DNA of 64,000 nucleotides, from the NCBI GenBank assembly GCA_031370005.1, contig JANMPT010000025.1:32001-96000 (forward strand), written 5' to 3'. This DNA is from Bdellovibrionales bacterium. Its GTDB lineage: Bacteria > Bdellovibrionota > Bdellovibrionia > Bdellovibrionales > Bdellovibrionaceae. This document shows positions 36,618 through 46,641 of the stretch, in pieces (the stretch's first letter is position 1; each line of letters opens with the position of its first letter). A program made the translations under genes and the position numbers. Below the pieces are notes generated by a model. That model was given only the letters and a program-made list of their open reading frames with translations. It had not been told where the DNA came from and made no database searches.

Positions 36618-38216
36618 CTAAATCTTGCTCCGGTTTTTAAAATTTAAATACTCTTCGTAAGAGATATGATTATCGTAAACGACACCTTGATCGATTTCGA
36701 TAATGCGATTGGCAACAGTTTGGATTAGCTCATGGTCATGGGATGTGAAGATCACGGCCCCCTTGAATCGACTTAAGCCTTCGTTCACGGCGGTGATGCT
36801 TTCAAGGTCTAAGTGGTTCGTTGGTCCATCGAGGATCAAAATATTTGCTCCAGAGAGCATCATTCGCGAGAACATGCAGCGTACTTTTTCGCCTCCCGAA
36901 AGCACACTTGGTTTTTTCATTGCGTCACTGCCACTAAAGAGCATTTTTCCTAGGAAACCGCGTAAGAAAGTTTCGTCTTTTTCTTTAGAGTAAGGGCGAA
37001 GCCAGTCCACCAAGGTTTCCTCAGTGCCTTTGAAGTATTTTGAGTTGTCGGTGGGGAAGTAGTTAATCGAAGTCGTGATGCCCCAAGTACAAGCCCCAGA
37101 GTCTGGGGCTAATTCGCCTGCAAGAATTTCTAATAGTAAGGTTTTTGCTAAGTCGTTACGACCAAGGATGGCAACCTTGTCGCCTTTCTTAAGAGTGAAG
37201 TTTATATTTTTAAGTGGAGTTTCACTCTCCCAATTTTTGGTGATCTTATCAACAGTGACAACGTCACTACCTAGTTCACGGGTGATATCAAAGCCAATGA
37301 AGGGCCGCTTACGTGAAGAGGCCGGCAGCTCATTGAACTCGAGTTTTTCGAGTTGCTTTTGACGAGAAGAGGCCTGGGCAGACTTTGATGCATTGGCGCT
37401 GAATCGGGCGATAAAGGCCTTAAGCTCTTCGGCTTTGTCAGAACTTTTTTTGTTTTGGTCAGAGAGGAGCCTTTGTTTGAGTTCACTGGCCTCTCTCCAG
37501 AAATCATAGTTCCCCGTATAAGTGGTGACCTTGCCGTAATCGATGTCTGCTATATGAGTACAGACTTTATTCAAGAAATGGCGATCATGGGAGATCACAA
37601 TAACTGTGTTTTGAAAGTTCAAAAGAAAGTTTTCAAGCCACTGGATAGCATAAATATCTAAGTGATTCGTTGGCTCATCTAGAAGAAGAATATCAGGCTG
37701 ACCAAAAAGGGCCTGTGCTAAAAGGACCTTGACCTTTTCCCCGCCATTGAGCTCCTTCATCAGTTTACCATGGACGGATTCAGGGATAGCGAGAGCTGCC
37801 AGCATAACAGATGCTTCGGATTCGGCCTCCCAGCCATTTAACTCGGCAAACTCTGTTTCTAGTTCAGAGGCCCTAATGCCATCTTCTTCAGAGAATTCAG
37901 GCTTTGCATAAATTAGATTTTTTTCCTCCATGACGGCGAAAAGGCGTTCGTTTCCCATTAGCACGGTTTTTAAAACAGGGTATTCGTCATAGACATAGTG
38001 GTCTTGCTTTAAAACTGAAAGCCGCAGATCCGGTGAAATAATAACTTCGCCAGTATTGGGTTCGATTTCCTTAGAAAGAACTTTAAGAAAAGTGGTCTTG
38101 CCGGCCCCATTAGCGCCGATCAACCCATAGCAGTTGCCAGGGGTGAATTTAACGTTCACTTCTTCAAAAAGCTTTTTGCTACCAAAACGTAAACTAACAT
38201 TACTTGTACTAATCAC
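36618..38216 (-). CDS. ABC-F family ATPase (YbiT/YkpA-like)
   Basis: GANGAGKTT, LDEPTNHLD, SHDRHFL, LSGGE; two ABC domains, the second with a degenerate Walker A; no TM segments. Confidence 0.93.
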   Translation of the reverse strand: MISTSNVSLRFGSKKLFEEVNVKFTPGNCYGLIGANGAGKTTFLKVLSKEIEPNTGEVIISPDLRLSVLKQDHYVYDEYPVLKTVLMGNERLFAVMEEKNLIYAKPEFSEEDGIRASELETEFAELNGWEAESEASVMLAALAIPESVHGKLMKELNGGEKVKVLLAQALFGQPDILLLDEPTNHLDIYAIQWLENFLLNFQNTVIVISHDRHFLNKVCTHIADIDYGKVTTYTGNYDFWREASELKQRLLSDQNKKSSDKAEELKAFIARFSANASKSAQASSRQKQLEKLEFNELPASSRKRPFIGFDITRELGSDVVTVDKITKNWESETPLKNINFTLKKGDKVAILGRNDLAKTLLLEILAGELAPDSGACTWGITTSINYFPTDNSKYFKGTEETLVDWLRPYSKEKDETFLRGFLGKMLFSGSDAMKKPSVLSGGEKVRCMFSRMMLSGANILILDGPTNHLDLESITAVNEGLSRFKGAVIFTSHDHELIQTVANRIIEIDQGVVYDNHISYEEYLNFKNRSKI

Positions 38217-38317
38217 GTGAAAATCCTTTGGGGAATTTGCTTTATACTCTGTAAAGTCATTGAAGTCTATCTGGGATCGACTATCATAAAAAAAGTCTAT
38301 AGAAAAAGGAGACTTGC

Positions 38318-38563
38318 ATGTCCGATGATTTAAAAGCCGAAATTGAGCGCCTTAAGGCGGAAAATGATGCTCTCAAAAGCACAAAAAATAACAAAGGGAC
38401 TCTTTCAATGAAGGTCAGCGAAAAAGGAGCCTTATCTGTTTACGGCATGGGGCGTTTTCCTGTGACGCTTTACAAAGAGCAATGGCTTAAGCTTTTAGGT
38501 ATAGCCGAAGAAATAAAAGCGTTCATTGCTGAGAATGAAGGAAGACTTAAAACCAAAGAGTAG
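38318..38563 (+). CDS. Conserved small hypothetical protein with N-terminal coiled coil
   Basis: AGGAG RBS; KVSEKGALSVYGMGRFPVTLYKEQW motif. Confidence 0.75.
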   Translation: MSDDLKAEIERLKAENDALKSTKNNKGTLSMKVSEKGALSVYGMGRFPVTLYKEQWLKLLGIAEEIKAFIAENEGRLKTKE

Positions 38564-38581
38564 CTTTTTGATGAGGCTTAT

Positions 38582-39103
38582 ATGCGTTTTTTACTATTCG
38601 GGCTGCTTTGGATACTCATGGTTGCGTGTACCACAGCGCCTACAGGTATAGTGCCAGTAAAAAACGATGAGACCGCCATTGATTATGTTGGACTCCAAAG
38701 AGCGTTGGGGATGGATATTCCTATTTATAAGCTTGGCTATAGAGAAAAAACTTTCGATACCTGCCAAGCGGGCTACGGCTATTCAGGTACAAAAAACTGC
38801 CATCGTGAGTTCATGGTGGTAATCAATATTCGACTGCAATGCCGCGACACAGAGGGAACGGTATCTGAAGGTGTAACCAATGCAGATCTGACCCCTATTG
38901 CGAGTCGTTCTGTGAAGTGGAAGTTAAGGGGCGCCCAAGGCGCCACCCAAACTGATAGTGAGGGCTTTGCTCAAATTAGGGCTGTTTCGGCCCGGTCTCA
39001 AAAAACAGAACGTCTCAAACTCGCGGTCGACAATGAATTTCTTTATATGCGCGCAAATGAGATAACCCGCGTTGTTACACCACGTCCATGGTGCAACCCA
39101 TAA
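38582..39103 (+). CDS. Hypothetical lipoprotein
   Basis: Lipobox MVAC and several Cys residues. Confidence 0.7.
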   Translation: MRFLLFGLLWILMVACTTAPTGIVPVKNDETAIDYVGLQRALGMDIPIYKLGYREKTFDTCQAGYGYSGTKNCHREFMVVINIRLQCRDTEGTVSEGVTNADLTPIASRSVKWKLRGAQGATQTDSEGFAQIRAVSARSQKTERLKLAVDNEFLYMRANEITRVVTPRPWCNP

Positions 39104-39200
39104 GAATCAAATTGAGACAGCATAAAGCATTCTGGCGTCCCTTTTGTCTACCTCTTGAGTGTGAATAGCAGGAGGGGGATAATAAGAGGAGGTGGTACAT

Positions 39201-39950
39201 ATGGCACGTAATCAAGAGAAGAGTGTGTTTCTCATTGTAAGTGGCAATAGCAGTCGCATCACCGCGATGTCAGAGATTCTCAATAGGAATTTCTCAAACT
39301 GCTCTATATTTCATGCGTCCAATTGGTTTGATACAAAATATAAGATAGATAATGTTTTTCCTAAGATTGTCTTTGTCGACGAATACTTGCCAAAAGGCTC
39401 AGGCCTAGACGTCGTTGCCAAAGTCTATAAAGAGAAAAACAATAATAATGTCCATATTGTTATTATGTCGCTAGTTGAGGACCTTGATCTTTATCCTCCG
39501 AACGGTCGAATTCATTATCTGACCGAACCTGAAAGAGAAGCTTCTGTGATTGAGTGTGTTTCGAAAGTTGTGGCTCCGAAAGTGCAAGCCCAGGCGGCAG
39601 AGTACACATTAAAACACTTAGAGCCTGGTGAGCTTCTATTTAAAGAGGGTGATATAACAAAAACTGTTTATATTGTGAAGAATGGCACTCTGAAAGCCTA
39701 TTCTGACGCCTTGGCAGGTGGCCAGGTGACGCTTGGTGAAATAGGCGCCGGAGAGTTCGTCGGAGAGATGGGGCACTTTAATCATGAGCCCCGATCGGCG
39801 ACGATTGAAGCGGTGACAGAGGTTGATTTAGTGGAAATTCCAATGAGCTCCTTAGATAGTGTGATTTTCTCAAAGCCGTCTTGGGCAAGGGCCTTGGTGA
39901 AAACACTTTCTCAAAGGCTTAAAAGAGCTAATAAAGTTCTTACTGGGTAA
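39201..39950 (+). CDS. Degenerate receiver domain plus cyclic-nucleotide-binding domain protein
   Basis: VFVDEYLPKGSGLD receiver remnant; LFKEGD, GEFVGEM and PRSAT cNMP motifs. Confidence 0.85.
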   Translation: MARNQEKSVFLIVSGNSSRITAMSEILNRNFSNCSIFHASNWFDTKYKIDNVFPKIVFVDEYLPKGSGLDVVAKVYKEKNNNNVHIVIMSLVEDLDLYPPNGRIHYLTEPEREASVIECVSKVVAPKVQAQAAEYTLKHLEPGELLFKEGDITKTVYIVKNGTLKAYSDALAGGQVTLGEIGAGEFVGEMGHFNHEPRSATIEAVTEVDLVEIPMSSLDSVIFSKPSWARALVKTLSQRLKRANKVLTG

Positions 39951-39968
39951 ATGTAAATCTTTAGTGAC

Positions 39969-40793
39969 CTATCGAGTGATAATCTCTGATCTTTGTGAGC
40001 TATCTTGATCACTGGCGAATTTCAGAAGCTCCTTTTGATTAGCGACCATTTGTTCATAGATGCTAGTATAGTTTTTCATCACGCGCATCGCATAATCGCG
40101 TCTTATGATTTTTCCGTCTATAGAAATACTTCCAATGGTACGACTAACCTTACGCATATTTTTTGGTCCCATATTATACGCCGGGAGATAGTGGTACGCA
40201 CGGCTTTCAAACTCGGCTCTTAAATGAGCAAAATAAGTGATGCCAATTTTAATATTCGTAACAGGATCATAAAGAGAGCTCGAGCCCTTCCAAGGCATTT
40301 TGTACTTTTTAGAAATCCATTCGGCAGTTTTTGGCAGAATCTGCATCAGACCGATCTCACCAGCGTTTCCACGAGCCTCGGCATTAAAGTTACTTTCGGT
40401 TTGAATTACCGCCAAAATAAAAATGGGATCGAGCTCCTGCTTCTGGCTTTCTGTAATCAAAGCTTTGGTAATTTCTGGCAGGCGGCTTTTCCATTGCCCT
40501 GTCATGGAGGCCTCAATCTTCCTATAGACCAGATAGTTTAAAGACTGTTCCCCTTCGAACCTTTGAGCAAGACTACCTTTATAGTAGCTTCCTAGAAGCT
40601 CACGGGCCTGGTCCTGGCGTGAGTCTTCATCAACCAGGGGTAGTCTCAGGGTTGAAAACTCGATGAGCGTCATATTTTGAAACAACAAGATGAGGACCGC
40701 CCATCCTGTCAGAATTGTGAAAACTCCGATACGCTTATTTAATGTCGTCATGATTAACGTATCGGCATTTTTTTGAATATTTTCGAGAGCCAA
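39969..40793 (-). CDS. Lytic transglycosylase (SLT domain)
   Basis: AVIQTESNF, GLMQI, NIKIG and AYNMGP; N-terminal anchor. Confidence 0.93.
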   Translation of the reverse strand: MALENIQKNADTLIMTTLNKRIGVFTILTGWAVLILLFQNMTLIEFSTLRLPLVDEDSRQDQARELLGSYYKGSLAQRFEGEQSLNYLVYRKIEASMTGQWKSRLPEITKALITESQKQELDPIFILAVIQTESNFNAEARGNAGEIGLMQILPKTAEWISKKYKMPWKGSSSLYDPVTNIKIGITYFAHLRAEFESRAYHYLPAYNMGPKNMRKVSRTIGSISIDGKIIRRDYAMRVMKNYTSIYEQMVANQKELLKFASDQDSSQRSEIITR

Positions 40794-41074
40794 GATGACG
40801 CACTTTATGACTCATAATGGATCTTTTTTCTAAATAGTTTGCAAAAATAATTTTGAATGAGAACAGATTAATCGCACGTCAATATTTTTGTTTCCAAGAA
40901 TTGTAGTCGCCGAAACTCCAAGCTCTGATTCATGCTAAACATTGTGTTTCAAGATAGCTCAACACGGGGCTCTCGCCATTTTAATGTACAAATAGTCGAC
41001 AATTTATCTTAGAAAAATCTAGAAAAAATCTGGTATTTGTTCATTTTACCTCGACCTATTTTGAGACTAGGCAT

Positions 41075-41101
41075 TCAGCTAGCTAGTTTTAAGTCCGATA
41101 A
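41075..41101 (+). promoter_or_regulatory. Putative sigma-28 (FliA) promoter
   Basis: TCAG-N15-TCCGATAA, ending 7 nt before ATG 41109. Confidence 0.55.
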
Positions 41102-41108
41102 TTATAGT

Positions 41109-43007
41109 ATGGACTTAAGAAGTGGTGCGGCCCAGGTCGGCGGGCGCTTTATTATATTTTCTCTCCTCCTAACGGGTTGCCAAAACTCGTTTGAAGCTCC
41201 TAGCAGTGCTCCTGTTCAAAGTCCAGAGAGTGCATATTGTGGGGCGGCACAGGCAACAACTTATAGCACAGCAACCACAGTTGTTTCTGGTACGGCAACG
41301 TTCAAATATAGACCTCTACAAACAGCAAGCAATTGTGGGCTTTGTGGTGATCCTGTCGCTCTTGGGACTACCTATGCTGAGGTCCATGTTGTTGATGGCT
41401 CAGGCAATATCATACAATGCGGAGAAACGGATCAGCTCGGTGCTTTTAGTTTAGTTGTTCCTCGCGTGGCCGGGTCTTACAAAGTTCAAGTGCTCTCCCG
41501 CTCCTTTACAAACAAGGTTAAAGCAAGTGTGCTCAAAGATATATATTCATCTGCACCGTATGTTGTCGAGTCCGCATTTAGCATAAGTAGTTCGCAAACA
41601 ACGGCTCCAGGGATTTTGGTCACTGCGCCAGCTCGTGCAAGTGAAGGCGATGGCTCAATTCCTGGGGGAGCCTTTAATATTTTAGCGGATATTTTTTGGG
41701 CGAATGAGTTCTTACGTGCCAACACATCTAGCTCCAGCTTCGTTGCAGATAAAGTGGCGGTTTTCTGGAAGGCGGGTTTCAATCCATACTCTTATTTTAA
41801 CGCACCAAATGCCCTTGCCTCTTTTTATGTAAGCTCAGAGGATCGACTCTATATTTTAGGCGGAACAAATAATGACGTTAAAAATTCTGATACCGATCAC
41901 TTTGATGACTCCGTGGTTTTACATGAGTATGGTCATTTCCTCGAGGCACACTATGGCCACTCGGATACTCCGGGTGGCTCTCATAATGGAAACTTTATTA
42001 TTGATCCACGTCTTGCCTGGAGTGAGGGTTGGGCCAATTATTTTCAAGGCGCTGTACAAAATGGTATTCTCTATAATGGTTCTTACTCGGGCCCACGCAA
42101 AGGCACAGGTGGTTTTTCTATTTATGTTGATACCGTTGGCTTTGCAGGCGACTCGGTCGAAGGTACAGGCTCTTCGCATAACATTCAAATACTTCGCAGT
42201 CTAAGTGAATTAAACTCTTCAGCTGTCTATGATAAGTCTGCTACGAATGAAGGCGTTTTCCGTGAGTTCTCTATTTCTCGCACTCTTTTTAAATCAATGG
42301 CGGCGGTAACTGCTGGAGGATTGCCATTTTCTGCAATTTGGGATGCGTTTAAAGAGCTTCGAAATAGTCATTCGCCTGCTTATAAATTTGTGAACTTTGG
42401 TCTCTATAACTCGATACTTCAAACAATTTTAAATGCAAATTATTCAAGCCAAAGCCAAACAACTTGGAACTCCGTACTCGGCGAGGAATACCAAGTGAAG
42501 AACATAGACCTCTATGGTAAGAATCTTGGCGGCACACAAGCTCCCTCTGGTGGAACTCCGGCGTGCCCTGAAATTACCATGTCACCAGTTATGGATGCTA
42601 CTTACGGCTATGATCGCTCCAATCAACTAATGTCCAATGATTTTTATACTTTTTATCACGATGGCACGAGCAAACAAATGGGTTTAAAATCTAGATCCAC
42701 TGGCAACATTATTGATATGAATCTTTATCTCTATGCAGATGCCTACTATTATTCGGAAGAAATTCAAGAGGCCCAGGCCGGCTTTAGCAACTCAACTATG
42801 CTTCGAAAAAGCAAGACTGTGAATACGGCAAGTAGCTCAGAGACCGAGGTCATTGATCTTACGGGGCTTCCTGCCGGTTACTATATGGTGAATGTAAAAG
42901 CCTCAACACTAAATAAATCTTCGTCTTACTTATCAGGTGGAACTGCAAATTATTATTTATACTTTGGCAACAGCTCAACGGTGACAACATGTTTAATACC
43001 AAATTAA
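41109..43007 (+). CDS. Lipoprotein zinc metallopeptidase (gluzincin-like)
   Basis: Lipobox LTGC; VLHEYGHF and AWSEGWANYF; C-terminal beta-sandwich (LPAGYYMVNVK). Confidence 0.82.
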   Translation: MDLRSGAAQVGGRFIIFSLLLTGCQNSFEAPSSAPVQSPESAYCGAAQATTYSTATTVVSGTATFKYRPLQTASNCGLCGDPVALGTTYAEVHVVDGSGNIIQCGETDQLGAFSLVVPRVAGSYKVQVLSRSFTNKVKASVLKDIYSSAPYVVESAFSISSSQTTAPGILVTAPARASEGDGSIPGGAFNILADIFWANEFLRANTSSSSFVADKVAVFWKAGFNPYSYFNAPNALASFYVSSEDRLYILGGTNNDVKNSDTDHFDDSVVLHEYGHFLEAHYGHSDTPGGSHNGNFIIDPRLAWSEGWANYFQGAVQNGILYNGSYSGPRKGTGGFSIYVDTVGFAGDSVEGTGSSHNIQILRSLSELNSSAVYDKSATNEGVFREFSISRTLFKSMAAVTAGGLPFSAIWDAFKELRNSHSPAYKFVNFGLYNSILQTILNANYSSQSQTTWNSVLGEEYQVKNIDLYGKNLGGTQAPSGGTPACPEITMSPVMDATYGYDRSNQLMSNDFYTFYHDGTSKQMGLKSRSTGNIIDMNLYLYADAYYYSEEIQEAQAGFSNSTMLRKSKTVNTASSSETEVIDLTGLPAGYYMVNVKASTLNKSSSYLSGGTANYYLYFGNSSTVTTCLIPN

Positions 43008-43546
43008 AGACGAAATTAAAGTCAGAGACACTTATCAGATTCTTTCTCTTAGGAGTCATGGGATTCGTCCTTGGCGGAGCGGGCATGTACTTCTATCAAA
43101 AACAGCAAGGGGTTCACCGTTCGATAGCAAGCATCAAACTCTATCGACCCCACGGTTTGATGATAGGAAAGCAGGCCGCAGCTATGACTGTTGAAATTGT
43201 TGGCCCTGAGAGTTACCCAGATGATAATACGGAGATTGTCGAGTTAGTGGGTTATGTCACTCAACATCTTTCTGCGGAAAGTTGGGTTGAGTACGAATGG
43301 GTTTTACCAGAAGATGTCGAATTAGTGCGAGGACCTCTGTCGAATAATTTAGGAAATTTAAAGATGGGGAGTCCCTATCAAGTGTCAATTTTAGTTAAAG
43401 GCTTTTCACGTGAAAAACAAAAGTTAATCGTATTAAAATCACATTTGCTAAACACACAAAATCCGCTTATGGCTTCTGCAGTGGTCGTCAGCCGTCCCGA
43501 AGACACCATGGAATCCAAAGTCATGAACGTACGGCCTTCTTTTTAG
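42989..43546 (+). CDS. Membrane-anchored hypothetical protein; stop codon lies inside a palindrome
   Basis: N-terminal TM, RSIAS motif, beta-rich domain; the last codons derive from the 43529-43579 inverted repeat. Confidence 0.7.
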   Translation: MFNTKLKTKLKSETLIRFFLLGVMGFVLGGAGMYFYQKQQGVHRSIASIKLYRPHGLMIGKQAAAMTVEIVGPESYPDDNTEIVELVGYVTQHLSAESWVEYEWVLPEDVELVRGPLSNNLGNLKMGSPYQVSILVKGFSREKQKLIVLKSHLLNTQNPLMASAVVVSRPEDTMESKVMNVRPSF

Positions 43547-43579
43547 TATTGCGATGCAATACTAAAAAGAAGGCCGTAC
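43529..43579. repeat. Perfect palindrome with 24-bp arms (REP/REPIN-like or bidirectional terminator)
   Basis: GTACGGCCTTCTTTTTAGTATTGC-GAT-GCAATACTAAAAAGAAGGCCGTAC between convergent genes. Confidence 0.9.
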
Positions 43580-44140
43580 CTAAAGAGGAATTACTTCAAT
43601 TTGTGGGTTGAATTCGTCGCGGAGGATTCCTTCGATTGCCATCAGGGTTCCCGTCGTCGCGCTTGGGCATGTTCCGCAAGCTCCTTGATAGAATACAGTG
43701 AGCTTATTGTCCTCGTAGCTCACGATATCTAAGTCTCCGCCGTCGCCTTGAAGACCTGGTCGCACAGTACGATCCAAGATTTCTTCGATCTGCTGTACCT
43801 CTGGAGATTGGCTTTGGCGACGAAGCTTTTTCTCGTCGATAGGAGTTTGATTTGGGTTATGAACTGCAATGCGCGCTTGAATTACTGCACAGGCAGCTTT
43901 TTGGATTTCGTCAGGGTCTGCGTCAAAACTATGGGTTATCGTGATCACATTTTGAAAAAAGTGGGCCTGTTTAACTCCAGGTATTTCAAAAAGACCTGTG
44001 GCTAAGTGATTCTGTGCGGCCTCTTCAATACTGGAATAAGTCGCTTTACCCTCGGTTAAAACAGCACGGTCTAATACAAATTTCCAGGCTGCAGGATTGG
44101 GTGTCGCCTGAGTTCTAATTAATACGTCTTGTGTGCTCAT
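43580..44140 (-). CDS. Nfu/NifU-like Fe-S scaffold
   Basis: TPNP.AWKF N-terminal domain; VRPGLQGDGGD and GACGTCPS. Confidence 0.92.
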   Translation of the reverse strand: MSTQDVLIRTQATPNPAAWKFVLDRAVLTEGKATYSSIEEAAQNHLATGLFEIPGVKQAHFFQNVITITHSFDADPDEIQKAACAVIQARIAVHNPNQTPIDEKKLRRQSQSPEVQQIEEILDRTVRPGLQGDGGDLDIVSYEDNKLTVFYQGACGTCPSATTGTLMAIEGILRDEFNPQIEVIPL

Positions 44141-45363
44141 TAAAATAACTCCTGAGCTTTTTTAACGGCTTTTAAAAAGCTCTCAATATCTTGTAAATTG
44201 TTATAAACCGAAAAAGAAGCACGTACGGTCCCCGAAATGCCAAAACGTTTCATCAATGGCTGACAGCAATGGTGTCCCGCACGGACAGCAATTCCTTGCT
44301 GGTCAAGAATTTGGCCGACATCCGAGTGGTGGACGCCTTCAAGGTTGAAGCTTAACACGGGTCCCTTATTTGCTGCGACGCCAACAAGCCTTACTCGTGG
44401 GATTTTTAGAAGGCCTTCCGTAGCCGCAGCAAGTAGCTCTTTTTTGTGGGCATTGATTTTATCGAAGCCAATGCTGTTTACAAAATCAATGGCCGTGTGC
44501 AAGGCAACTGCGCCCTCCACATTCGGAGTACCGGCTTCAAAGCGGTAAGGAACTTCATTGTAGGTTGTTTTTTCAAATGAAACATTTGAAATCATGCTGC
44601 CACCGCCTTGGTAAGGAGGCATTTGCTCCAGCAGTTCTTTTTTGCCAAAAAGAATGCCAATGCCAAAGGGAGCAAACAGCTTGTGTCCAGAGAACACAAA
44701 AAAATCACAACCCAAGGCTTGAATGTCGATGAGCTCTTGAGACACTAACTGGGCTCCATCAACCAGTACCTTTGCTCCCACTTTATGAGCGGCCTCGGTC
44801 AAAAATCGAATATCGTTCACAGTACCCAAGGTGTTTGAACACGCCGTGAACGCAAATATTTTTGTTTTTGTCGAAAGTTTTTCCTTAAAATCCGCCAGAT
44901 CCAATTCGCCATTGTCTTTCACGGCGACAGCTAAAACTTTAGCTTTCTTTTCTTCAGCAACCATTTGCCAGGGAACTATGTTTGCGTGATGTTCCATTTC
45001 TGTGAGCAGGATCTCGTCACCCTCTTTAAGAAGGGAACGCGCATATGTTTGGGCAGCAAGATTAATAGACTCCGTGGTTCCGCGAGTAAAAACAATCTCA
45101 TCTGCGGACTTCGCATTGAGAAACTTTGCTACCGCTGCTCGCGCATCCTCGAAATTCACCGTCGCCTTATCAGCTAAGAAGTGTGCCCCTCGATGTACAT
45201 TGGAAATTTCATACTGGTTAAACTCGTAAATGCGCTTTGCCACAAGTTCAGGCTTCAGGGTTGTTGCCGCACTGTCTAGGTAAACCAAGTTTGTACCATG
45301 CACTTTTTGAGTGAGGGCAGGGAACTGGGATCTTACTTTTTCAAAAAACATATCATGGTTCAT
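44140..45363 (-). CDS. sufS: Cysteine desulfurase
   Basis: YLDSAATT, EHHANIVPW, FSGHKL, RAGHHC. Confidence 0.95.
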   Translation of the reverse strand: MNHDMFFEKVRSQFPALTQKVHGTNLVYLDSAATTLKPELVAKRIYEFNQYEISNVHRGAHFLADKATVNFEDARAAVAKFLNAKSADEIVFTRGTTESINLAAQTYARSLLKEGDEILLTEMEHHANIVPWQMVAEEKKAKVLAVAVKDNGELDLADFKEKLSTKTKIFAFTACSNTLGTVNDIRFLTEAAHKVGAKVLVDGAQLVSQELIDIQALGCDFFVFSGHKLFAPFGIGILFGKKELLEQMPPYQGGGSMISNVSFEKTTYNEVPYRFEAGTPNVEGAVALHTAIDFVNSIGFDKINAHKKELLAAATEGLLKIPRVRLVGVAANKGPVLSFNLEGVHHSDVGQILDQQGIAVRAGHHCCQPLMKRFGISGTVRASFSVYNNLQDIESFLKAVKKAQELF

Positions 45364-45364
45364 A

Positions 45365-46639
45365 TTATTGTATTGCAACGTGAAGCCCTTTAAAGGCCTC
45401 ACGGAGCTCGCCGCTTAAATAATTTTTTAGATCTTCATTTTCAAGCTTATAAATCAACTCAGATGCATAACCGAGACTCATCATTGAAATAGCAATCTCA
45501 GGCGAAATCGCACGGCTTTCTAGATAAAATAACTCTTCGCGATCTAACTGACCTACGGTCGAGCCATGGCTGGCCTTTACGTCGTCGGCATAAACTTCTA
45601 GCTGTGGTTTACTGTCTGCCTCTGCCTCTCGACTGAGCAATAAGTTATTATTAAGTTGCTCAGAGGTGGCCCTCATGGCGCCGTGACGAATGCAAACTTT
45701 GCCATTAAATACACCGCGGGAATTCTCCGCCAAAATGCCTTTGTAGTGCTGAGTGCTATTGCAGGCACCGACCTGATGATCAATTGTTGTCGTATTGTCG
45801 ACATGTTGATGGTCTTTAGCTATATAAACGCCATCTACAATTGCAAAGGCCTCTGTTGCATTCAAAGCTAACTCTAGATCATGTCTAGACAACAGGGAAC
45901 CGCTTGAAAAAACTAAATTGTGTAATTGCGAGGCTTTACCAAGCGTAAATATGGTGCGCCCCACATTCACTGCTTGCGAGCCCTCGGCTTGAATGCGTAT
46001 TGCGACAAGCTTTGCTGATTCCTGTACCTCGACTCGCACTTGAGAGTTAACAAAGTATCGTGCATCTTTTTGACCAAAATATGATTCTACAAATTTAAGG
46101 GAAGAGTGCGTGCCTACTTTTAAAGTGATCTGCGTATTTACCATCACCGCAGGTCCGTCCTCAGCCGAGCAATAAAACAGGAAGTTAACAACTTTATCTA
46201 CAGATGTATTTGGCAAGATTTCTAGGCTGTAGTTCTTAGTGAAATACGCTGCATTCAGTGCCACAAAAGAATCTTTGAAGCCCTCAGCATTGTGGAAGTC
46301 TTTGTTTTCGGTAAATCTTGCACCAGCAGGCAGCTCGTCCATCGCTGAAAGTGATTTATTCAGCTGGCCGTTGAAGAAAACAAGATTGATAAATGCCGGG
46401 TTCAATTTCTCTTGGATCACTTTTATCGTTTTAAGAGAGGGACTTAGTTTAACGATTTCTGCTGGCAAGAAGGCATTGTCGTTCAGAATCTTTACGCTGG
46501 TATACTTCCAGTCCTCGTCTTTGCGAGTCGGAAGGCCTTTTGCATTCAAAAAAGCAAAGGCCTTTTCACGAAGAGTTTTGACTCGCGCTTCTGTCGGGAT
46601 TTGTGACGAGAATTCGTTAAAGTGTGTAAGTAAATTCAT
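45365..46639 (-). CDS. sufD: Fe-S assembly protein SufD
   Basis: EDWKYT, SKPQLEVYADDVKASHGSTVG, FYLESR. Confidence 0.93.
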   Translation of the reverse strand: MNLLTHFNEFSSQIPTEARVKTLREKAFAFLNAKGLPTRKDEDWKYTSVKILNDNAFLPAEIVKLSPSLKTIKVIQEKLNPAFINLVFFNGQLNKSLSAMDELPAGARFTENKDFHNAEGFKDSFVALNAAYFTKNYSLEILPNTSVDKVVNFLFYCSAEDGPAVMVNTQITLKVGTHSSLKFVESYFGQKDARYFVNSQVRVEVQESAKLVAIRIQAEGSQAVNVGRTIFTLGKASQLHNLVFSSGSLLSRHDLELALNATEAFAIVDGVYIAKDHQHVDNTTTIDHQVGACNSTQHYKGILAENSRGVFNGKVCIRHGAMRATSEQLNNNLLLSREAEADSKPQLEVYADDVKASHGSTVGQLDREELFYLESRAISPEIAISMMSLGYASELIYKLENEDLKNYLSGELREAFKGLHVAIQ

Positions 46640-46641
46640 TT

